A stretch of 64,000 bases of DNA. It comes from a virus. Below the pieces are notes generated by a model, which searched no databases, was not told the DNA's origin, and was given only the letters and a program-made list of their open reading frames with translations. Of the stretch, positions 57,925 to 64,000 are shown one piece after another; positions within the stretch are counted from its first letter, which is position 1; every line of letters begins with the position of its first letter. The DNA lies in IMG/VR virus record IMGVR_UViG_3300021168_000016, positions 1 through 64,000 of that record, one strand, 5' to 3'. Position numbers and translations under genes: made by a program.

Positions 57925-58062
57925 ATGAAGATACCAACAATAAAAGGTTGGAACAAAGTTCATTTAAACTATCACCGAATGCCGGCAGAAAGGACGGCGG
58001 ACAAACAAACCAAAGTCGACTGGAGAAAGGTAGTCAGGAAACAATTCTACAAATCACGCTAG
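57925..58062 (+). CDS. 45-aa basic peptide
   Basis: AAGGAG 7 nt upstream; MKIPTIKGWNKVHLNYHRMPAERTADKQTKVDWRKVVRKQFYKSR. Confidence 0.5.
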   Translation: MKIPTIKGWNKVHLNYHRMPAERTADKQTKVDWRKVVRKQFYKSR

Positions 58063-59172
58063 ATACGATACGACATAGTGGGGTTGGGATTCTATATTCC
58101 AACCCCAGTTTGATGTATCGCATATACATCAGTGGAGATAGGAATAGCGCGAGCCGGTGGACATCACCTTATACCGGTGGACAGGATGGGATGTCACATT
58201 CCTTCGGGAATGGGGCGCAACAGATAGGACAATCCAGCTATACCGAATTAGACCATAGCAGTCTAATCAACCCATGTGGATCCTATCGCAAACTAACCTC
58301 CTGTGGCCCAAAAATCTACGGTAGCGGCGTTAAAGACTTCAAATTTAACAGCTTACCCAACCCGCTACTATCAAAAGTCGATGCCAGAATCGAAAGACGG
58401 TCGACGGGCGATCAAGACCAAAAGAGAGTGGCACTCCTATCGATAAGGACCCAAAAGCGGAGCAATGGGAAGGCTAGCAGAATATGCGAAATGGCTAGCC
58501 AGACAGTCTTAACAATCAACAAAAATCACTGTCAATTCCCCGCCCGGCGAAGTAGGCATCAAGTTCATATCTATATGAACTTGGTCTAGTCAAGAGGCCA
58601 GAAGCCAATTTGACCCAAACAATCCTTGCTGTATCCCAGGTGTCCATCAACATAGAGTTGAACGGCAGTCATTAAATCAGCGTGACAGGTTGATTTAATG
58701 GTTGCTGTTAAGGAAGACGGGGACGGACAGAGCTTAACTGGATTGGAGTAGGTCATCTGAGGTGAATCTGCAAGGCAGAAGACAACGCGAAGTTGTCGAT
58801 ATTACTGCTCATCAAGATAATACAACTTGATGGCTATGGGTAGACTAGGCGTTATGTCCAAAATCCAACGTCACATGGATTTAGTCCACAAAGACGAGAG
58901 AGAACCGAATGGAGTAGTTACTCCATACGTGAGAGACCCAATTTGTGGTATGTGACGTAAGATTTTGGTGTAGCCGAGGCGCAAATACATCCAGCAAGAG
59001 TCGATAGAGTTGGTAATGTAGTTAACAACGCTAGACCTTGAAATCGCATGTGACATTTCTTGAATAATCGACAGCGGTCTAGTATTTGGAATGTCGATAG
59101 CTAGAGAGAAAGAGACTAATCGATTACATGATTTGGTGGATGGATTTGCTCCTTACGATACACCAAGCTCTT
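58063..59172 (+). ncRNA. Candidate large structured non-coding RNA (~1.1 kb)
   Basis: More than 15 hairpins including CATTCC-TTCG-GGAATG; long-range nested stems; no credible protein. Strand inferred from flanking genes, G.U pairs and tetraloops. Confidence 0.65.
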
Positions 59173-59206
59173 GAAAACAAATCAGATTGTACTGGAGGAT
59201 AACAAT

Positions 59207-59632
59207 ATGAAAACACGGACGGTAGCTGAGTACATCGACAATTGCAGTAGCTGGATAGATTCAGACAAAAAGAAGCATGTGCAAGAACACGTCAAGAAGC
59301 TATGGGAACAATTCTGGCAAATGGCAGGGATAAAGGAAGGCGAAACGATCACAGAAGTTGGCGATTTCGACTGCATGGGATCGCAAGAAGCGGAAATCAA
59401 GGCTAGGAAGATCGCCGGTTGGACAGAATGGCTTGGTGAAGAGTCGACCTTAATCTGGAAAGATGGTCGGCTAGTGGCTGAGGTGATATGCTGCCGAGGG
59501 AGCTGGGACATGGTACTGAATGGAAAGAAGTATTACGAAAGTCTGAGGGAGCCGGTCTGGGTGGAAAGAGAGGTATGGCTGGCCGAAGTCAATGCACGGG
59601 CAGCTCTGTCAGGACTTGACAAATTGTCGTAA
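59207..59632 (+). CDS. Hypothetical early protein
   Basis: Start MKTRTV after repeated CAGATTGTACTGGAGGA. Confidence 0.7.
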   Translation: MKTRTVAEYIDNCSSWIDSDKKKHVQEHVKKLWEQFWQMAGIKEGETITEVGDFDCMGSQEAEIKARKIAGWTEWLGEESTLIWKDGRLVAEVICCRGSWDMVLNGKKYYESLREPVWVEREVWLAEVNARAALSGLDKLS

Positions 59633-59685
59633 TCAGCGACATAGAGTGGATGGCTAACCAGCGTCCACTACTTGATGTTGATTAC
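59629..59685 (+). repeat. Intergenic GACA-stem-UGAUG hairpin (copy 2 of 5)
   Basis: Related copies at 58066-58120, 61445-61497, 62781-62841, 63094-63157. Confidence 0.7.
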
Positions 59686-59709
59686 AAACAGATTGTATTG
59701 GAGGATAAC

Positions 59710-59988
59710 ATGGCAGGCAGATTCGTTAGTCCCGATGAAATGCTCCGGGCTGCTAAAGACATGCAGCTTGAGGGTCGTGAACCAATCACAACTCGTGATT
59801 GGCAGCTGATAATCAACTTCATAGCTGCTAACACAGCAGATGGTCTTGAGAAGGCTGTCTGCAAGATGGCCAAACTGATATACAGCATCCCACTCAGCGA
59901 TTCAGACATAGAAGAAATTGCTGTATTCCAGCACAATCACAAGAATCCTTCAAGCCCGGAAGACGAAATGGAAAGGGCAAGGAGATAG
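59710..59988 (+). CDS. Hypothetical early protein
   Basis: Start MAGRFV after CAGATTGTATTGGAGGA. Confidence 0.7.
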   Translation: MAGRFVSPDEMLRAAKDMQLEGREPITTRDWQLIINFIAANTADGLEKAVCKMAKLIYSIPLSDSDIEEIAVFQHNHKNPSSPEDEMERARR

Positions 59989-59990
59989 AG

Positions 59991-60512
59991 ATGGCGCGCG
60001 GATATAACCCGCAGCGGTTGACAATGACGGAAAGATTGGCTTTCTCGATGTCTAAGGACAAGAAGAAGGTCATATCTTTCCGTCACTCAAACAAAGGATG
60101 TCTGCCGTGGCAACGACATTTAGTTGTCACGTCATTTGCCAAGCAGAAAGAGAAGCCAACGGAGAGGAAAGTAATCCTCCCAATCAAGACAGGAGATAAG
60201 GTCCTGCATTCAGCTGGCGGGATAGGATTTGTGAGGAAAGTTGACAGCCGCGGAATCTGGGTGAACATGGATCCGAAGCATGGCGACAACCTATTCAACC
60301 ATAATCAAGTCTGCCGCCAATGTAAGATGATATTCGCGTCAGCAGACATTAATCGACTACATCGAGAGCATGGTCATAGACGTGAATATCCATACGTCAC
60401 ACAATCGCGGAAGATTAGCAAGAGCGAAGAAAGATATATGGAAGCCAAGGAAAGACGGACAGTCGCGCAATATGTTGGCGACAATCGGGAATTGATTCAG
60501 GTCGAGGAGTAA
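59991..60512 (+). CDS. Hypothetical basic protein (SH3-like segment)
   Basis: IKTGDKVLHSAGGIGFVRKVDSRGIWV. Confidence 0.6.
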   Translation: MARGYNPQRLTMTERLAFSMSKDKKKVISFRHSNKGCLPWQRHLVVTSFAKQKEKPTERKVILPIKTGDKVLHSAGGIGFVRKVDSRGIWVNMDPKHGDNLFNHNQVCRQCKMIFASADINRLHREHGHRREYPYVTQSRKISKSEERYMEAKERRTVAQYVGDNRELIQVEE

Positions 60513-60542
60513 AATTCAATCAGATTGTACTGGAGGAACAAA

Positions 60543-61226
60543 ATGGCAACACGAAGGCAATTTGGGAAGTTAGTCGCGGGAGCGATAAGCACATCGCTAC
60601 TACCGAAGTCCAGCGAAAGTCAACCAGCAAAAGTGGTAACTCCAAAGGCGCCAGTTGTTGGGCAGAACAAACTCACAGTTGATTTGACCTTCAAGACAAT
60701 TGAAGAGACTGGCTACGATTCTCACTTCATGGGAGTTGAGGTAAATGGAGTCCATGTCATCCCTGAAAGATTTGATGGGCACGAGACTGTACATCTACAG
60801 GAGCTTCCAGACAGCGAAGTCTTCCTGGTCAGACAGTCCAAGGATGATGGTAGCAATTGGCAGCGAGCTTCAGAGATTGTAACTGGTGTCCCCTGTGATG
60901 GAATGTATACAGCCAACGAAGATGATATCAACTTCGCACGAATTGAAATCATGACTGGGATGCCAACAGACGATGTGATTGTCTCCCGATTGTGGATGAT
61001 TGGCGACGGCTATCTAGCAGTTGTCAGCGGCTGCGTCGGTTATAGAATTGGCGAGCACATCGTCAAAGACGCCTTAGCATGGTGCGAAATGTCACATGGG
61101 ACAGATGGATTCTTAATCGCGCATGTCAGCTTCACGCGGACAATCGCGGATTGGAAGCAGGTAATTGAAGAGTTGGGAGACATCTACCCAGCCGTGAAAG
61201 GTAGTTCAGACAACTTTGGCTGGTAG
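60543..61226 (+). CDS. Hypothetical protein with twin-arginine-like N-terminus
   Basis: MATRRQFGKLVAGAISTSLLP after the repeated RBS. Confidence 0.65.
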   Translation: MATRRQFGKLVAGAISTSLLPKSSESQPAKVVTPKAPVVGQNKLTVDLTFKTIEETGYDSHFMGVEVNGVHVIPERFDGHETVHLQELPDSEVFLVRQSKDDGSNWQRASEIVTGVPCDGMYTANEDDINFARIEIMTGMPTDDVIVSRLWMIGDGYLAVVSGCVGYRIGEHIVKDALAWCEMSHGTDGFLIAHVSFTRTIADWKQVIEELGDIYPAVKGSSDNFGW

Positions 61227-61235
61227 GGAGTCAAT

Positions 61236-61445
61236 ATGAAAGTCAAGGAGTTAATCAAGCATCTCGAAGCCATTGACAACAATGACTTAGAAGTCGTTCT
61301 TGTCAGTGACGTAGAAGCATCTCCGGAAGTAATTAAGCAGCCTGAGATGTCCCATGAATTCCACCATCGTGAAGAAAAGATTATATTTGTCGGATTTACT
61401 GACAAAGCAGTCTTCATTCACGCCGAAGCTCACGCGATTTATTAA
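61236..61445 (+). CDS. Small phage protein (MKVKELI type)
   Basis: MKVKELIKHLEAID..DLEVV; RBS GGGAG. Confidence 0.7.
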   Translation: MKVKELIKHLEAIDNNDLEVVLVSDVEASPEVIKQPEMSHEFHHREEKIIFVGFTDKAVFIHAEAHAIY

Positions 61446-61522
61446 TCAGCGACATAGAGTAGACAAACGTGACAGTTGTCTACTCTTTGATGTTGATATA
61501 AATCAATCAGATAGGAGATGTT

Positions 61523-61900
61523 ATGCGTCAGATTGGATCTGATCTTCGTGAAGTATATGGTTCGCACTATCGTCCCGAGCTAGTTGGTCAGCTTGGATCG
61601 GTTGTTAATGTTCAAACCCTTAGGGTAGCAATGGGTCTACCGGCAGGCAAACTGCCAGTCGGCGCTGTTGATGCTCAGCTGATAGGTGATACCTATGTGG
61701 GTATTTCCAGCAGAGCAGTCGCGGAATTGATGGCACCTAACTCACACAGGCCACATAGAATGTTTGCCCGTTGTAATCACTGTGGCCGTTGGATACCTGT
61801 CGGACGCTTTGGACAGCATCTCGGCTTATACCGAATTGGTGGAAGAACTGCTGATGGCAAGCCACGATATGGCAAGCCATGTAAGGAGCGTGTATCATGA
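61523..61900 (+). CDS. Hypothetical Zn-finger protein
   Basis: RPHRMFARCNHCGRWIPVGRFGQH. Confidence 0.7.
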   Translation: MRQIGSDLREVYGSHYRPELVGQLGSVVNVQTLRVAMGLPAGKLPVGAVDAQLIGDTYVGISSRAVAELMAPNSHRPHRMFARCNHCGRWIPVGRFGQHLGLYRIGGRTADGKPRYGKPCKERVS

Positions 61901-62412
61901 CATCAGGACGCAGATTTTTCTGGTCACCTAAAACCTCAATAGAACACATCAAACAGACAATAGGTGGCTCCACAATCAGCCATGAAGAGATGGAAAAGCT
62001 GAAGCAAGAACAGAAGACTGACATCGAGAAAGGAGCGGCTGAGGCTAGCCGCCAGCATCTCCGACTAATCGGGCTATTCCAGGAGATTGGAATGCATCCG
62101 ACAGGTATTCACATCGGCATTGAAAAAGGAGGAACACTCCTTTCGGATGATGGAGAGGAGCTTTGGAATGGAGCTATCTCCGCAGAATCATTCGAAGATA
62201 CCATGATTGACTATCTCGAATCCATGCCTGAATCAATAGATCAGACCATCGAGTATGTCAGGCAGAAGTTGCAAGAGAAAAGAGACAAGGTAGCAGGTTG
62301 GAACAAGAAGGCACGCGCCGCTGTTGATACAGCAACTTGTCCTGATTGCGGACACAAACTGCATACAGGAGTCTCTTGTCTGGAATCTGATTGCTGTGGG
62401 TGCGGAGAGTGA
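61897..62412 (+). CDS. Hypothetical protein with C-terminal Cys cluster
   Basis: CPDCGHKLH..C...CCGC. Confidence 0.65.
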   Translation: MTSGRRFFWSPKTSIEHIKQTIGGSTISHEEMEKLKQEQKTDIEKGAAEASRQHLRLIGLFQEIGMHPTGIHIGIEKGGTLLSDDGEELWNGAISAESFEDTMIDYLESMPESIDQTIEYVRQKLQEKRDKVAGWNKKARAAVDTATCPDCGHKLHTGVSCLESDCCGCGE

Positions 62413-62582
62413 TATCAACTCCGCTTTCACTCCTGTTTGTATGTCTAGTTGCTTCAACGATCCGAGCATTCTGTGAGGGTGCTGTGAAAGGAGTATACAA
62501 GCTCGTGCTATTGTTGGTATTTGTGAAATGTTTGATTATGTTAGCGGCACTAACGTCTGGGCAGTAGAAGTGAGGTCTGGCC

Positions 62583-62780
62583 ATGCATGTTACACAAAGC
62601 GTTGACCGTGCTCCAATCACCAACATCACAATCAATTGCGATTGTGATGATTTACGTATGGAGACATTTTCTCTCTACGTGGAGATGTTGAATATATATG
62701 ATGTTTGCGCCGCTGCTATTCCTGAATGGAGAAGGAGTCAACGCAGACATCAAAATCCAAATCCTAACTGGAAGAACTAA
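62583..62780 (+). CDS. Hypothetical protein
   Basis: GAGG RBS; ends WKN. Confidence 0.5.
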   Translation: MHVTQSVDRAPITNITINCDCDDLRMETFSLYVEMLNIYDVCAAAIPEWRRSQRRHQNPNPNWKN

Positions 62781-62863
62781 AACATCTGCGACATAGATCA
62801 GCCAGTCTGATATAGGCTGGCTGATGTTTGTTTCATGTGTTAAATCCAATAGAGGAGTTGTAA

Positions 62864-63088
62864 ATGACAACGACAGAACAACCTGACCAAAAATTCAGCT
62901 CAGCCGATGAAATAGCAAAGACGCTATTACAGAAGCATCCCAACTGGAACGCCAGCCAAAATGAACTAAAGAACACAATCCTGGCAAGTCCGAAAGACTC
63001 CGGCACCGACGAAGCTCCAGTCTATGACGTCCAAAAGACGATGAAGAACATGGAGAAAATGAGCGAGCGCTGGGAGAAAGCTGCTTAA
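62864..63088 (+). CDS. Hypothetical protein
   Basis: GAGGAG RBS; flanked by cassette hairpins. Confidence 0.65.
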   Translation: MTTTEQPDQKFSSADEIAKTLLQKHPNWNASQNELKNTILASPKDSGTDEAPVYDVQKTMKNMEKMSERWEKAA

Positions 63089-63174
63089 TACTGTTGTCGA
63101 TCGATGACAAAAGGCTGATGCAGAATATAGCATCAGCCTTTTGATGTGGATCGTCAATCAAGGGAGACTACAAA

Positions 63175-63363
63175 ATGCTTGGAGATTTGACTAGGCTGAC
63201 AGATACACAACTGCTTGAATTCTTCATGTTGATCTTAAGCAAACCAGACAAAGAAATCTCACCATTCGATCACAGTGAAATGACTCAAATCAATGATGAA
63301 TTCCTTAGACGGGGATTTGTTAGGGAAGCATACGCTGATTTACTGGCCAGTAAGGAGAAATAA
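63175..63363 (+). CDS. Hypothetical protein
   Basis: GGGAG RBS. Confidence 0.6.
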   Translation: MLGDLTRLTDTQLLEFFMLILSKPDKEISPFDHSEMTQINDEFLRRGFVREAYADLLASKEK

Positions 63364-63364
63364 G

Positions 63365-63535
63365 ATGGACGAATGGTATTGCATGAATTGTGGGAAGCAA
63401 CTAGTAAAAGTAAAGCTGGATGAAGGTGATTTTCCTTGCTGCCTGGATTGTGCAATTAAGTATACAATTCATGGGACGGGAGTAGGCGATTCACTGTTCG
63501 TCGTAGGGGCTGACTCCCTTAAGATTACATTCTAA
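63365..63535 (+). CDS. Small Zn-ribbon protein
   Basis: MDEWYCMNCG...CLDC after AAGGAG. Confidence 0.55.
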   Translation: MDEWYCMNCGKQLVKVKLDEGDFPCCLDCAIKYTIHGTGVGDSLFVVGADSLKITF

Positions 63536-63616
63536 GGTTGCCCTATAGAAGCAGTGATAACCCCAGCCATTCGTAGCGATCTTGGTCGCAACCTAGATAA
63601 GAAAGGAGGATAGCCA

Positions 63617-63835
63617 ATGCGGGAAAAGATGGTCATAGAAATTACTCCTGATCGCATAGAAAAGATGAAAAAGGTAGCAGTAGCCGTAGTCGAACTTATA
63701 GGTGCAAGCGACCTCACAGTGATAGAAAAGTATCTCTGTCTTAAGTATCTGTCTGAGACGTTCACTGACACATATAAGATAGAGGCTGAAGTCTTTGAAG
63801 TCTCTACTGCAACTGATAGCAAAACTGCGAATTGA
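63617..63835 (+). CDS. Hypothetical protein
   Basis: AGGAGG RBS; LTVIEKYLCL resembles LTPIEMLLV in the next gene. Confidence 0.6.
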   Translation: MREKMVIEITPDRIEKMKKVAVAVVELIGASDLTVIEKYLCLKYLSETFTDTYKIEAEVFEVSTATDSKTAN

Positions 63836-63842
63836 GGGACAA

Positions 63843-64000
63843 ATGAAAAAAGAAGACGAACAGTTGAATAAACTTCAAGCAGCGGGAAATGATGTCGTCT
63901 CCCTCCTTAATGAAAGGGGATTAACCCCAATTGAAATGCTGCTAGTCATCACAGCGCTCTACACCTCCATGGCACAGGCTCTTGGAGTAGTAGATCCCGT
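63843..64000 (+). CDS. Hypothetical protein, truncated by window edge
   Basis: MKKEDEQLNKLQAAGNDVVSLLNERGLTPIEML after GAGGG. Confidence 0.55.
   Translation, partial: MKKEDEQLNKLQAAGNDVVSLLNERGLTPIEMLLVITALYTSMAQALGVVDP

Noticed and set aside
57825-58589. 254-aa ORF as a real protein
   Set aside because: No recognisable motif, a poorly spaced RBS, overlap with a better 45-aa ORF and dense RNA helices. Down-weighted, not excluded, because a frame this long is uncommon by chance.
57801-59172. Group II intron (GTGCG at 57801) or second group I intron (GACTA/TAGTC segments)
   Set aside because: No domain V/VI, no interrupted gene, and the P7-like segments conflict with stronger nested stems.
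62400-62510. Twister ribozyme (AACTCCGC, TACAAGCTC)
   Set aside because: Elements are not in a valid order and P1 and the UA cleavage site are missing.
1-64000. Stop-codon reassignment, tRNA genes, integrase/att sites
   Set aside because: Genes are long and intact in the standard code; no cloverleaf/T-loop or recombinase motifs were seen.

Overview
This 64-kb window is part of a tailed (siphovirus-like) phage genome read in the standard genetic code. The host is unknown, and the window contains no integrase, polymerase, tRNA, rRNA or CRISPR array. Positions ~52,000 to 1 (minus strand) are one late/structural operon. In transcription order it encodes: small and large terminase; a glycosyltransferase/methyltransferase block; portal; MuF-like protein; prohead protease/scaffold; major capsid; a ~15-kb block of unusual appendage-type genes; neck proteins; a tail tube interrupted by a 249-nt group I intron; a frameshifted tail chaperone; tape measure; a GTA-like tail tip (DUF2460, DUF2163, NlpC/P60, large tip protein); holin; lipoprotein; and a truncated papain-like peptidase. 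Positions ~52,000-64,000 hold regulatory and small early-type genes, mostly on the plus strand. The most unusual observations are: (1) a ~1.1-kb densely base-paired, probably non-coding stretch (58,063-59,172), followed by gene cassettes delimited by a repeated GACA-stem-UGAUG hairpin and a repeated RBS; (2) a possible modular virion-decoration system, with signal-peptide-bearing Cys-rich proteins, two shared short peptide tags (DEYQWLGG-like and KNTGR) that also occur as stand-alone mini-ORFs, two acidic tandem-repeat proteins, and a capsid with a CFI-box-like C-terminal extension; (3) an identical UUCCUGUCA hairpin loop upstream of both the capsid and tail-tube genes, complementary to UGACAGG loops elsewhere. 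All family assignments come from motif recognition by eye, not database searches.
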